Of a DNA stretch of 64,000 nucleotides, positions 9,722-20,253 are shown piece after piece. The stretch is from an uncultured Mycoplasmatota bacterium (GTDB lineage Bacteria; Bacillota_I; Bacilli_A; RF39; UBA660). The notes beneath the pieces were generated by a model that searched no databases, was not told the origin of the DNA, and saw nothing but the letters and a program-made list of their open reading frames with translations. The stretch is taken from contig UQVP01000003.1 in assembly GCA_900544605.1 (NCBI GenBank), positions 4,031-68,030 of the forward strand, written 5' to 3'. The position numbers were made by a program, and so were the translations under genes. Numbering within the stretch: the first letter of the stretch is position 1; the number at the start of each line of letters is the position of its first letter.

Positions 9722-10411
9722 TTACAATTTATATATAATCTCTGATATGAATTTAGCAACATTTTTACTACTTTGTTCTAAAAATTCTTCATATGTTATA
9801 ACATTATCTCCGTTAGGTATATCTGAAATAGCTCTTAGTACTAAAAATGGTATATGACATAGATAACATACTTGGGCTATACTAGAGCCTTCCATCTCAA
9901 CACAGTAAGCATCAAATTTGTTTTTTATCTTAGTAGCCATATTTTTATCTGTACAAAATATATCTCCAGATGCAATAACACCATTATGGATAGTATATTT
10001 ATTTTCTCGTGCTACTTCGTTAGCAATTTTAATTAAATATTCATCACCATCTATAAATTTACCCACGTTTGGAATATAACCTTTTTCATGGTCAAATGCC
10101 GTTATATCAAAATCATGTTGAACTAATTTATTTCCAATCACAATATCACAAACACTTAAATTTTCATTTAATCCACCTGCTACACCAACATTTATAATAT
10201 AATCAACTTGCATGTTATCAATTAATATCTGGGTGCATCTAGCGGCATTTACTTTTCCAACTCCTGATTCACACAAAACACAATTAGTATTACCTATCGT
10301 GCATTCATAAAAATCTAATTCAAAAATTTTATATTCTTTTTCTACATTAACAATATCAAGAAGGGCCTCTAACTCTTCTTTCATTGCAAAAATAATTCCA
10401 ATCTTTTTCAT
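9722..10411 (-). CDS. mtnN: 5'-methylthioadenosine/S-adenosylhomocysteine nucleosidase
   Basis: MKKIGIIFAMKEELEAL..., VGVAGG and VEMEGSSIAQVC are typical Pfs/MtnN motifs. Confidence 0.9.
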   Translation of the reverse strand: MKKIGIIFAMKEELEALLDIVNVEKEYKIFELDFYECTIGNTNCVLCESGVGKVNAARCTQILIDNMQVDYIINVGVAGGLNENLSVCDIVIGNKLVQHDFDITAFDHEKGYIPNVGKFIDGDEYLIKIANEVARENKYTIHNGVIASGDIFCTDKNMATKIKNKFDAYCVEMEGSSIAQVCYLCHIPFLVLRAISDIPNGDNVITYEEFLEQSSKNVAKFISEIIYKL

Positions 10412-10421
10412 GTTGCCTCCT

Positions 10422-11060
10422 TTATAAACGTTTTACATAATGTATTCCTAATTTTTTATATAGTGTAGTTGATTTAGGTAAACCAAATAATTTAGTAAAT
10501 ATTAAGTTATAAAATTCATCTATAAGCGTTATTGAACATAGTGTAAAACTCATTATTAAAAATGTTTTTTTATTCATATGTTTCGCTAGATAGAAACAAA
10601 GTGGTACTACAGCATATATAAGAAATAAACTTGAAAGGCCAAAAAATAAGACACTTCTAAAGCAAATGAATCCTCCTATGTTACAAAAATTTAATATTTC
10701 AACATTATAATCCCAATACCTAGTCCCATCTAATAGTAAATAAATGCCTAAACCGGATATATATTCTAACAATCCACATGCAACTGCACTTATTAAGAAT
10801 ACTTTAAGTGGTTTTTCACGATATTTATATGTTAAAAAATATACTATCATGGCACCCGTTGCGTAAATATTTATCCAAGGTAAGAAGTTACCTCCACGCC
10901 AATAAAGTTGTTTCATACCACCATCAAAGAAGTAAAATATAACTTCATAAAAAAAGCCAAATGTACCTGCTATTACAATAATTAAACAAAATATACCGAG
11001 TAAAGTCATTTTATCAAATGAATGATCTTCTTTTAAATATTTACTATACATTTCTTTCAT
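10422..11060 (-). CDS. Polytopic membrane protein of the 'putative ABC-transporter type IV' (CmpB-like) family
   Basis: About 6 TM segments; RYWDYN...GGFICFRSVLFFG motif. The start is uncertain (M at 11060 or 11051). Confidence 0.55.
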   Translation of the reverse strand: MKEMYSKYLKEDHSFDKMTLLGIFCLIIVIAGTFGFFYEVIFYFFDGGMKQLYWRGGNFLPWINIYATGAMIVYFLTYKYREKPLKVFLISAVACGLLEYISGLGIYLLLDGTRYWDYNVEILNFCNIGGFICFRSVLFFGLSSLFLIYAVVPLCFYLAKHMNKKTFLIMSFTLCSITLIDEFYNLIFTKLFGLPKSTTLYKKLGIHYVKRL

Positions 11061-11099
11061 ACTACCAAACTCCACACTTCTACAATACATTCATTATAT

Positions 11100-11122
11100 C
11101 AAAAAGGCAGACTTTTGTCTGC
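11100..11122 (-). terminator. Intrinsic terminator after the XRE-family gene
   Basis: gcagac tttt gtctgc followed by ttttt on the minus strand. Confidence 0.55.
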
Positions 11123-11126
11123 ACTT

Positions 11127-11732
11127 TTATCCTAATACTTTTTTATTCCAACTTCTTTTATTACATTTAGGGCATTTCAAATATCTTGTTGTTCCATAGT
11201 GTATAGCAAAGTAAACAGATGAATATTTAGGTACATACTTGTGATGACACTTTTTACACTCATAATAGCCTGTTTCTGTTTCTATTTTTAAAGCAAATGA
11301 AACGCCTACAATTAAAATTAAGAATGATAAAATAAACAACATAGTTTTTACTATTACATTCATTTCTATAAATGATGCTACAAATATAAGAACAATAAAA
11401 GTTATGCTTGACATAAAGCCAATAACCATTTCATACATCATCATCTTTTTATTTTGTGCTTCTCTTTCTTTTGCCATTGCTAATAAATTAGCTTCTGATT
11501 TTTCATTATAATCTTTTTTATCCACTATCTCACCACTAAATAGATCATTAATAGAAATATTAAATATTTTGCATAATTCAGGAATAGTACCAATGTCAGG
11601 CATACATACACCAGTTTCCCATTTAGAAATTGCTCGATCAGTAAGATTTAATTTTTCTGCAAGTTCATATTGCGTTAGTTTATTTTCCTTCCTTAATTTG
11701 TTTATGAATTTTCCTATTTTAATTTGATCCAT
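11127..11732 (-). CDS. Membrane-tethered XRE-family HTH regulator with a C-terminal zinc ribbon
   Basis: HTH segment LTQYELAEKLNLTDRAISKWETG, two central TM segments, then CKKCHHKY...CPKCNKR. Confidence 0.75.
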   Translation of the reverse strand: MDQIKIGKFINKLRKENKLTQYELAEKLNLTDRAISKWETGVCMPDIGTIPELCKIFNISINDLFSGEIVDKKDYNEKSEANLLAMAKEREAQNKKMMMYEMVIGFMSSITFIVLIFVASFIEMNVIVKTMLFILSFLILIVGVSFALKIETETGYYECKKCHHKYVPKYSSVYFAIHYGTTRYLKCPKCNKRSWNKKVLG

Positions 11733-11958
11733 ATAGTTTCTCCTTTCTTAATTTAATATACAATAAATTACATTAAATTAACACGAACTAAAGGTTGAAT
11801 TTAGTTCTTAATATGTAGTCAGAATTTATCTTTATTAGTTCTTATTTTCTATTTTTTAAATTATAAATTTTATATTTGATTTAACATTTCATTTATATAT
11901 ATTTTCTATTTATCACATTACAAATACTACACTATTTTACTAATTACATACAATTTTA

Positions 11959-12798
11959 TTATATCATACAGTTTATTCTTTTCTTTAATTCTTTTATATA
12001 TAATTCTTCATTAATTTTATAAATATAGCTATATTTCTTACCAATATCTTTTATTGACATTCCGCTTATATAAACTTCTTTTTTATCTAATATTATATAT
12101 CTATCATGAAATGGGTTATTGCATATGAATACGACATTCTTGTATTGACTAGTATATTTTTTTATTAATATTTCGTCTAAATTTTTAGATAATATAATTA
12201 TTTTTCTATCAATATTTCTTAAAATATCAAACAATTCTTTATTAGCATAGTTATCCACAATAATTATATCTTCTTTTGCTTGATTTAATATATCAATAAA
12301 AATTGAATATGCATCATATATTTTTCCTTCATATATAATAGAATTTTGACGAGAAGACATTTTGTCAAATGAGTTTTCCAATTTTAGTATTCTTTCTTCA
12401 TGATTAAGAAGTATGTTACTTTTATTCTCATATGATATATATTTCCTCATATATACAAATGCACGTATTATCTTCACACTCATTTCACTAGCTACATCGG
12501 TTTTCAATACAGAAGCAAGCATAGCAACGCCTTCTTCAGTAAATACATGAGGATTAATTCTAGTCATTTTATTTGCGGTTCCAAATTGGAACCACAATTT
12601 TTCTGTTTCTTCATTTGTTAATTGAAAATAAAAATCATTTGGAAATCTGTTAATGTTCCTTTTTACTGCCTTATTAATATCTTTCGTTCCATTAGCACAC
12701 TCGTATAATTTTGCTAAATCAGAATCTAACATAACTTGTTTACCTCTTATTTCGTAAATCATATCTTCTATTCTTTCTTTTTCTATTATTTCATTCAT
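11959..12798 (-). CDS. ORF6N (KilA-N-like) DNA-binding domain protein with a PLD-like HDR C-terminal module
   Basis: IYEIRGKQVMLDSDLAKLYECANGTKDINKAVKRNINRFPNDFYFQLTNEE is the ORF6N signature. The C-terminus reads FHDRYIILDKKEVYISGMSIKDIGKK. The likely start is MNEIIEKE at 12798. Confidence 0.7.
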   Translation of the reverse strand: MNEIIEKERIEDMIYEIRGKQVMLDSDLAKLYECANGTKDINKAVKRNINRFPNDFYFQLTNEETEKLWFQFGTANKMTRINPHVFTEEGVAMLASVLKTDVASEMSVKIIRAFVYMRKYISYENKSNILLNHEERILKLENSFDKMSSRQNSIIYEGKIYDAYSIFIDILNQAKEDIIIVDNYANKELFDILRNIDRKIIILSKNLDEILIKKYTSQYKNVVFICNNPFHDRYIILDKKEVYISGMSIKDIGKKYSYIYKINEELYIKELKKRINCMI

Positions 12799-13025
12799 AT
12801 TTACTATTCCTTCTTTTATGGAATAAAAAAGATATACTTCTTTTATAAAAGTATATCTTCGCATGCATATAATCTTCATTGCCAAAAGATTATAAGCCCT
12901 AGTCGACCAAATTGTCATATTAATAATAGGCAACTTAATTAATACACTGTTATTATATCAAAAACATATTCAACATACAATAACAAATACTAATATTATA
13001 AAAATGCCATATTTATTTAGTTTAA

Positions 13026-14114
13026 CTAATACGATGTTTTTCGTTTTGATGCAGAAACTTTTTTTCTTACATCTAAAACACTTATATTAATATACATTTG
13101 ATAATTATCGGTATAAACATTATTTTTTATAAAGTTTACAGCCTTTTCGTATTCTTTGTCAGTAAAACAAACAATTAGATAAAAAGCATTAGTACACCCA
13201 CATGTTCTTATATATTCAATCAGTTGATTTTCATATCCTGATTTCCAATAAGGATTGCTTGCTTTTTTAACTTCTATCAATATTTTTTCATTTTCTACGT
13301 TATTTTTATATAATTTAAAGTCGATTTCCCCAGAAGCCACTAATGCTTCTCTAGTAATATCTACGCCTTTATTGTAAAAGTAAGCTTCCATTAAATTTTC
13401 CAAAATTATTTGAATTTTTGTTTCACTTATTGGTACACCTTTTTCCCAAAACAACTTAGAAAGACTACCATTTGTAATCGTTTTTTGAATAAAACTTAAT
13501 AGTTCAGATACTTCTCCTGTTAATGTTATGTTATGACTTTTATATTTGTTTTGTATGTCCATTGGTAACATATCAAAATAATAATCTAAATTTATTCCTA
13601 AATTTTTGGCTATAATTGGTAAATTATGTTTTCGTTCATTGTATAAATAATCTAAAAATTGAAAGTCTAAGTCTGTAAACAAAAAATCTGCATAACAATA
13701 AGGATCATAAAAGGAATCTTCTATTTCTTCTAAAGATATATCTTCTTCTTTTCCATATGCTTCATAATCAGCTTTACTGGCTTCATGAATCATTTTCTTA
13801 GTTTCTTCATCAAAAAATATGTCATTAAAGTTTTCTAGATCATCTTTTAATTCAGCTAGAGAATCCAAATAATTATTTAACATTAATTCATGAAAACATG
13901 ACATCTCATGTTCAAATACATCACCTGTCCACTCGTATAATTCAATCATTGTCTTTTCACATTTCGCATATTGTTCTCTACGTAAATATTTAGGCATAAT
14001 TTCCTCAATGACATCACCTATATCAATATCAGCTTTACTAAATATATCTCTCCATAAAAATCCATGTATTATTTTATTATATACTTCACTATGTTCAGTT
14101 GCAAAATATATCAT
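13026..14114 (-). CDS. Hypothetical protein with a C-terminal PD-(D/E)xK nuclease-like domain
   Basis: GEIDFKLY...(15 aa)...ILIEVKK...ENQLIEYI gives a D..ExK..QxxxY arrangement. The roughly 250-aa acidic helical N-terminal region is unrecognised. AGGAG lies upstream of the ATG at 14114. Confidence 0.5.
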   Translation of the reverse strand: MIYFATEHSEVYNKIIHGFLWRDIFSKADIDIGDVIEEIMPKYLRREQYAKCEKTMIELYEWTGDVFEHEMSCFHELMLNNYLDSLAELKDDLENFNDIFFDEETKKMIHEASKADYEAYGKEEDISLEEIEDSFYDPYCYADFLFTDLDFQFLDYLYNERKHNLPIIAKNLGINLDYYFDMLPMDIQNKYKSHNITLTGEVSELLSFIQKTITNGSLSKLFWEKGVPISETKIQIILENLMEAYFYNKGVDITREALVASGEIDFKLYKNNVENEKILIEVKKASNPYWKSGYENQLIEYIRTCGCTNAFYLIVCFTDKEYEKAVNFIKNNVYTDNYQMYINISVLDVRKKVSASKRKTSY

Positions 14115-14129
14115 AATATTTAACTCCTT

Positions 14130-15347
14130 CTATTTAAGTTTTAAAGCACAAACAGATTCCACATGTGCGGTATAAGGGAACATATCTACAGGAGTTAATT
14201 CTAATATATCATAATCATTGCTTAATAGTTTTAAATCGCGAGCTAGAGTCATTAAGTCACAAGATACATAGACAAGTTTTTTTGGTCTAATATTAAGTAT
14301 TTGAGCGAGTGCTAAAGAATCTAATCCAGCGCGTGGTGGATCTACGATGATAATATCAGGTTTATAATTATTTTTATTTAAAATTTTACCAACATCTCCA
14401 GCATAAAATTCTATATTATTAATATTATTTAATTTTTTATTTTCATTAGCATCTTTTATAGCCTCTTTATTTAGCTCAATACCTATCACCTTTTTTGCTT
14501 TTTCGCTTGCGACAATTCCTATTGTACCAGTACCACAATATAAATCTAAAACTGTGTCTTCTTTTTTTATATCTGCATAAGCAATTGCTTTATTATATAA
14601 TTTTTCAGCTTGCAAAGTATTTACTTGAAAGAAAGATGATGGTGATATATAAAAGTTTTTATTACATAAATTTTCAATTATCTTACCTTTTCCATATATT
14701 AATTCATCATTTATATAGATAGAATCAACTTTGTTTTTTAGTATATCAATAATTTTTTTATTATCTATATAATTGCTTGTTTTAAAAACAACCATGCTTT
14801 CTAAAGTATTTTTTGTAGCCCTTATAATCACTTGCTTAACATTAGTTAAATCAATATTATCTTTAATAGCTTTATAAATATCATTTATTTTGATATCTGA
14901 TATATAACATTTATCAACAGGTATTAAAGTATTTGTCTTTTCTTTAAAAAAGCCAATATCATTTTTTACTTGAAAAGTTGTCTTATTACGATAGTATAAA
15001 TTATTATCACATGCAACAATATTATTTATTTTAATTTTTATACCTAGATATTTGTTCATTATTTCTTCTACTTTATTTTGCTTATAGTCTAAACTATCTT
15101 GATAATTCATATTTAAAAATTGACATCCACCACATTCTTCAAAATAAGGACAAACAGGTTTTATTCTTTTATCACTAGCATTAATTATTTCTTTTATAGT
15201 ACCTTCATAATACTTTTTCTTTTCTAAAACAATATCTACATCTATAGTTTCGCGAGGAAGCGCATTAGGAATAAAAATTACCTTATCATTTATTTTTGCA
15301 ATTCCTCGTCCTTGATGATCTAATTTTGTTACTTCAACTTTATACAT
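14130..15347 (-). CDS. 23S rRNA (uracil-C5)-methyltransferase, RumA/RlmCD family
   Basis: N-terminal TRAM domain, Fe-S Cys cluster (CPYFEECGGCQ), SAM motif LDLYCGTGTIG, and DPPRAGL. Confidence 0.9.
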   Translation of the reverse strand: MYKVEVTKLDHQGRGIAKINDKVIFIPNALPRETIDVDIVLEKKKYYEGTIKEIINASDKRIKPVCPYFEECGGCQFLNMNYQDSLDYKQNKVEEIMNKYLGIKIKINNIVACDNNLYYRNKTTFQVKNDIGFFKEKTNTLIPVDKCYISDIKINDIYKAIKDNIDLTNVKQVIIRATKNTLESMVVFKTSNYIDNKKIIDILKNKVDSIYINDELIYGKGKIIENLCNKNFYISPSSFFQVNTLQAEKLYNKAIAYADIKKEDTVLDLYCGTGTIGIVASEKAKKVIGIELNKEAIKDANENKKLNNINNIEFYAGDVGKILNKNNYKPDIIIVDPPRAGLDSLALAQILNIRPKKLVYVSCDLMTLARDLKLLSNDYDILELTPVDMFPYTAHVESVCALKLK

Positions 15348-15424
15348 AAAATCACATCCAATTTAATTATAACACATATTTTATCTAAATTTTTCCATAA
15401 TAACATTAGCAAAGTAGGTGAATT

Positions 15425-16906
15425 ATGAAAAAAATTGATAAAAATATTAATGAAGTATTTGATTATATAAAAACTATAAATGGTAATAGCTGTGATATTA
15501 CAACAAGAACTATAAAAATTGGAACTAAAAAGGTTGGCTACATCTTTTTAGAAAGTGTTAGTAGCGATGACAAAATCAGTGATTTTCTAGTAAAAAGCTT
15601 AACTTTTGATATAAAAAAATCTAAATTTAATTTATTTGAAAAAATATTTTCCGAATTAGAAAATACAATAAGTAACAGTAAATTAAGCACTATAAATACA
15701 TATGAGGATTTATTTTATTATTTAGCTTCTGGATTTACAGCTATTTTGGTAGATGGCTATAGTGATTGTATTGTCGTTGAAACAAAAAACAAATTAGATA
15801 GAGGCGTTGTTGAGGCAACTACAGAAGCTATTGTTAGAGGACCAAAAGATAGTTTTACAGAAAACTATAGTACTAACATTGGATTAGTACGAAAAAGAAT
15901 TAAAGATCCTAATTTATGGTTTACGGAAATTAAGGTTGGCAAAAGAACTAAAACAAAGGTTTCTTTAGCATATCTAAATGACGTTGTTGACAAGAAAAAA
16001 ATAGATTTAATTCTTAACAAATTAAAAAAAATAGATATTGATGGAATTTTGGATAGCGGTTATCTAAGAGAATTTTTAACAAATAGTAACTTTGGTGATT
16101 TTCCTAAAGTAATTAGTTCAGAAAGACCAGATTTAGCTTGTTCATCTATTTTGGATGGGAAAATTGTTATTATGGTGGAAAACTCCCCTTTTGTTTTAAT
16201 AATACCTGGATTATTCGTAGATTTTTTTCACTCTGCTGAAGATAACTATCAATTACCTTTAAACGTATCAATAACCAGATTATTACGATTTGTAGGTTTT
16301 TTTATAACTATCCTAACACCTGCAATATATATTGCTTTAACAACATTTGATATTAAATTAATACCTAGTAAACTTTTAATTTCGCTCGCCACACAAAGAC
16401 AAGGTGTGCCCTTTCCTACTACTATTGAAGTATTAATTCTTTTAACTGCTTTTGAAATTTTAAGAGAATGTGATTTACGCATGCCAAAGCAAATGGGGGC
16501 ATCAGTAAGTATTGTAGGTGCTTTAATTTTAGGAGACGCGGCTGTTGCAGCAGGTATTGTTTCTCCTATTGCTGTTATTATTGTAGCACTTACCTCAATT
16601 GGTGGGCTGTTATTCAGTGATATAGATGTTATTAATTCAATTAGATTATGGAGAATTATTTTTATAATTGCAGCTACTACACTGGGACTAATTGGAGTTG
16701 TAGCAGCAGGTATTGTTTTAATAACTAGACTAGCCTCTATAGATGTTCTAGGCATCTCTTATTTATCTCCGTTTAGTCCTTTAAATAAAGAAGGATTAAA
16801 ATATGGAATTTTTAAATTTCCTAGTACTTTATTAAAAAAGAGACCTCTTTATCTAGAACCAAAAAATGAAATAAGATTAGGAGATAATAATAATGAAAAA
16901 AATTAA
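15425..16906 (+). CDS. Spore germination protein, GerA (A subunit) family
   Basis: Soluble N-terminal domain plus C-terminal TM bundle typical of GerAA; first gene of a three-gene operon. Confidence 0.9.
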   Translation: MKKIDKNINEVFDYIKTINGNSCDITTRTIKIGTKKVGYIFLESVSSDDKISDFLVKSLTFDIKKSKFNLFEKIFSELENTISNSKLSTINTYEDLFYYLASGFTAILVDGYSDCIVVETKNKLDRGVVEATTEAIVRGPKDSFTENYSTNIGLVRKRIKDPNLWFTEIKVGKRTKTKVSLAYLNDVVDKKKIDLILNKLKKIDIDGILDSGYLREFLTNSNFGDFPKVISSERPDLACSSILDGKIVIMVENSPFVLIIPGLFVDFFHSAEDNYQLPLNVSITRLLRFVGFFITILTPAIYIALTTFDIKLIPSKLLISLATQRQGVPFPTTIEVLILLTAFEILRECDLRMPKQMGASVSIVGALILGDAAVAAGIVSPIAVIIVALTSIGGLLFSDIDVINSIRLWRIIFIIAATTLGLIGVVAAGIVLITRLASIDVLGISYLSPFSPLNKEGLKYGIFKFPSTLLKKRPLYLEPKNEIRLGDNNNEKN

Positions 16907-18080
16907 AATGTTTTTATTTTTGTTTATAACGCTCCTATTAACAGGATGTGGTAATTATCGTGAACTTAACGATCTTGCTATAACAACCGGAATAGCTTTT
17001 GATATTAAAGATGACCAATATATCGTTAGCTATATGATTGCTAATTCTAATAAAGCAGAAACAGATTCAAAAAGTTCTGAAACTAAAATAACTGTTTACG
17101 AAGGAATAGGAAATACAATTAGTTCTGCTTATATGGATTTGAATAGTAAAAATCCTAAAATACCGTATATAAGTCACTTAGAAGTAGTAATAATTTCTGA
17201 AGATTTAGCAAAAAAAGGAATGTTAGAAGCTTTAGATTTCTTGATGAGAAATCCCGAATCAAGGAAAGAATTTTATATTGTTTTAAGCAAAAATGTTGAA
17301 GCTGGTACTTTATTAAAGACACTAGCACCACTTGAATCATTTCCTTCACAAAACATTGCCGAAATCATCAAATCAAATAAAGATGATCAATCAACTATTG
17401 TTATGCAAAAATATAGTGATGTTATAACTGATTTAATTGACGAAGGCGTAGAACCAATCATAAACGGAATTGAACTGGAAGGTAACAAAGACGAAGGTCA
17501 AAACCAAGAATCGTTAGAAAAAGCTACACCAAGCGCAACTATGAAAATTGATACAATAGGAATATTTAAAAAAGACAAATTACTTGGTTGGGCAAATCAT
17601 GATGAAACAGTAGGAATAAATATTATTAACAACAGTGCTGGATTTGTACTGCTTGAAACAAAATGTGATGATAAATATATGACTAGCACATTAAAAGATA
17701 TAAAAACAGAACCTATAATTACATTTGAAAATAATATTCCTAAAATTAAATTAAAAATTAAAGCCGATGGCGCTATACTTGAAATGCAATGTAAACGTAA
17801 TCTAGAAGAAAAAGAAGTAATGAAAGAATTAGAAAAAGAATTTAACGACAGACTAAAAAATATAATTTATGATACTATTAATTTAGTTCAACATGAATAT
17901 AAATCTGATATATTCGGGTTCGGAAATTATATATATAAAAATAATTTAAAAAAGTGGAATATGATAAAAAATAAATGGGACGATGAAATATTTTCTAGTA
18001 TAACATTTGATGTAGATGTCAATATTAGTTTAAACAATAAAGGTTCACTAGAACAATCTCTAAAAGAGGTGGTAAAATGA
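16893..18080 (+). CDS. Spore germination lipoprotein, Ger(x)C family
   Basis: Lipobox LLLTGCG; typical GerAC length; overlaps the A gene by 14 nt. Confidence 0.85.
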   Translation: MKKIKMFLFLFITLLLTGCGNYRELNDLAITTGIAFDIKDDQYIVSYMIANSNKAETDSKSSETKITVYEGIGNTISSAYMDLNSKNPKIPYISHLEVVIISEDLAKKGMLEALDFLMRNPESRKEFYIVLSKNVEAGTLLKTLAPLESFPSQNIAEIIKSNKDDQSTIVMQKYSDVITDLIDEGVEPIINGIELEGNKDEGQNQESLEKATPSATMKIDTIGIFKKDKLLGWANHDETVGINIINNSAGFVLLETKCDDKYMTSTLKDIKTEPIITFENNIPKIKLKIKADGAILEMQCKRNLEEKEVMKELEKEFNDRLKNIIYDTINLVQHEYKSDIFGFGNYIYKNNLKKWNMIKNKWDDEIFSSITFDVDVNISLNNKGSLEQSLKEVVK

Positions 18081-19168
18081 ATAAAAAAATAACCGTATTA
18101 GAAATGTGTAGTCTTACTTGGCAATTGATGTTATCTTCAGGTATAGGAATTGCTGCTTATGTTGCATTTTTTAGTGTCAAACAGGACGCTTGGATATCTA
18201 TTATCGTATCTGGTATTATTGGATTAGTTCCTTTGTCAATTTATCTTTATTTAATGAATTATAAAAAGGAGTTAAATTTCTTTTCCTTAAATGAATATTT
18301 ATTTGGAAAAACATTAGGAAAAATAATTAACACTATCATTGTACTCGTTGTGGCTTTATGTGTTATAATCTATTTTTTCAATCTAACAAATTTTATCAGT
18401 TCACAATATTTAAATAGAACTAACAATATCCTTATAATTGTAGTTTTACTAGTACCTGTTGTATATCTTCTACTACAAGATTTAAAAGTTATAGGACGAA
18501 CGACATTCATATTATTTCTTTTTTCACTTGTGCTTTTATTCTTCTCTATAGTTGGATTATTAGGGCAAATAGATTTAAATAATATTAAACCTATTATGGA
18601 AAATAATTTTAGTAACATTTTTATTACTGCTAGCAAGTTAATTTGTTATATGGTATTTCAATTGATATTGTTGTTAAGCATTCCAAAAAACGAAATTTCA
18701 AATAATAAAAATTTTAATAAATCAATATTAAAAACCTATATTTTTGTTTATATAATTATGACAATACTATTTTTTATCATAATAAGTGTATTAGGAAGCA
18801 ATTTAGCGTTAATATATCAATATCCAGAATTTCATGTATTAAAAAGAATATCCATTGGTGGTTTTATAGAAAGAGTTGAAAGTACATTATCATTACGTTG
18901 GATATTTTACATGTTTACTATTGTTGTTTTTGGTTTATACTTTATAAAAAATTATATAAGTGTTACCTTTAATATTCAAAATGAAACAAAAATAAAAATT
19001 ATAATGTCTTTTATATCTTTAATAATTTTAATGTTTTCTAACTGGATATTCAAAAATAATACTGAAGGCAATTATGTACTTTTGAATGAGTTACCAATTA
19101 TACTTTATTTAACTATATTTTTAACCATTATTGCTATGTTAATTAAAGCAAAAACCAAGAAAAATTGA
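18077..19168 (+). CDS. Spore germination protein, GerAB (amino-acid permease-like) family
   Basis: About 10 TM segments; 4-nt overlap with the C gene. The operon order is A-C-B. Confidence 0.85.
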   Translation: MNKKITVLEMCSLTWQLMLSSGIGIAAYVAFFSVKQDAWISIIVSGIIGLVPLSIYLYLMNYKKELNFFSLNEYLFGKTLGKIINTIIVLVVALCVIIYFFNLTNFISSQYLNRTNNILIIVVLLVPVVYLLLQDLKVIGRTTFILFLFSLVLLFFSIVGLLGQIDLNNIKPIMENNFSNIFITASKLICYMVFQLILLLSIPKNEISNNKNFNKSILKTYIFVYIIMTILFFIIISVLGSNLALIYQYPEFHVLKRISIGGFIERVESTLSLRWIFYMFTIVVFGLYFIKNYISVTFNIQNETKIKIIMSFISLIILMFSNWIFKNNTEGNYVLLNELPIILYLTIFLTIIAMLIKAKTKKN

Positions 19169-19184
19169 TATTCTTGGTTTTTGT

Positions 19185-19943
19185 TTATTTTATATTGTGA
19201 AGTAAGAAAAGGACACCAGTAATGACAATAACAAGAGATATAAATACTAAAATTGAAATTAAAATATTATTTTTTTTCAAAGATGTTTTTATATCGCTTA
19301 ACTCTTCAAAGTCCTTGTTACCAAAACTCATACTTGAAGTAAAAAATGATTTATCTAAATCTGCAGTATTATCATCAGTATTTGTATTTTTTATAAATTC
19401 ATCAACAGGTTTTATATTCATCTGCGTTTTACCATCCGATTTTAAATCTTCTAACATATCTAAGCTTAAATCTTTATCACCCATTTTATTTAGAACACTT
19501 GTATTTGTTATTGTGTTTATTAAGTCTTTTAGAGATTTATCATCTTCTTCATTAATATCTTTTATATTAATATCCTTTAAAATATTATACTGTGTATTTC
19601 TTAATGATCTATTTTTATTATCATCATTATATTCATCTTTAGCTTTACTTAACGCTATCTTAATATCGTAATCTTTTTCAGGCTCATTACGTTCTTCATA
19701 GCTTCTTTGTGGATAACGTGTTTCTTTTAATTTTAAATTATCTTCTTTTATTTCTTGATGTTCTTCTAACATTTTTTTTATTTTCTCTAAATCTATTTCA
19801 CTTCCCTTTTCAATTGTTGTGACACTTTCAACATTCGAATAAGGAACATTGTCGTATAGTTTGTCATATAAGCTATTATTTCTTGATGTTCTACTATTAC
19901 GGTTTTGATTATTACTGTAATATTTTTCCATTCTACTAGGCAT
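19185..19943 (-). CDS. Hypothetical Asn/Lys/Asp-rich tail-anchored protein
   Basis: ATG at 19943 sits 6 nt behind GAGGTG. There is a single C-terminal TM (ILISILVFISLVIVITGVLFLL). No family recognised. Confidence 0.45.
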   Translation of the reverse strand: MPSRMEKYYSNNQNRNSRTSRNNSLYDKLYDNVPYSNVESVTTIEKGSEIDLEKIKKMLEEHQEIKEDNLKLKETRYPQRSYEERNEPEKDYDIKIALSKAKDEYNDDNKNRSLRNTQYNILKDINIKDINEEDDKSLKDLINTITNTSVLNKMGDKDLSLDMLEDLKSDGKTQMNIKPVDEFIKNTNTDDNTADLDKSFFTSSMSFGNKDFEELSDIKTSLKKNNILISILVFISLVIVITGVLFLLHNIK

Positions 19944-20048
19944 TATTATCACCTCTGACTATATAAATAATATCATATTTTTTTATTTTTTTAAACCTTT
20001 ACTTGAATATTTATGTCATTTTATTTATAATATTAAAGGAGGTTTATT

Positions 20049-20246
20049 ATGAAAGAAGCTAATGTAAAAGATATTTGTATTTGTTGTGGAGCTTGTACAG
20101 CTATTTCTGAACTATTTGAAATAGGTGATAAAGGAATTGCTGAGGCTAAAGAAAACCCTATTCCTGAAGAATTACTTGATAGCGCTATTGAAGCTTCAGA
20201 ATGTTGTCCTGTTGGAGCTATTGAAATTAAAGACAAAAAAAATTAA
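20049..20246 (+). CDS. Small single-cluster ferredoxin
   Basis: CICCGAC (CxxCxxC) plus a distal CCP motif; 65 aa; AAGGAGG upstream. Confidence 0.8.
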   Translation: MKEANVKDICICCGACTAISELFEIGDKGIAEAKENPIPEELLDSAIEASECCPVGAIEIKDKKN

Positions 20247-20253
20247 GATATTC

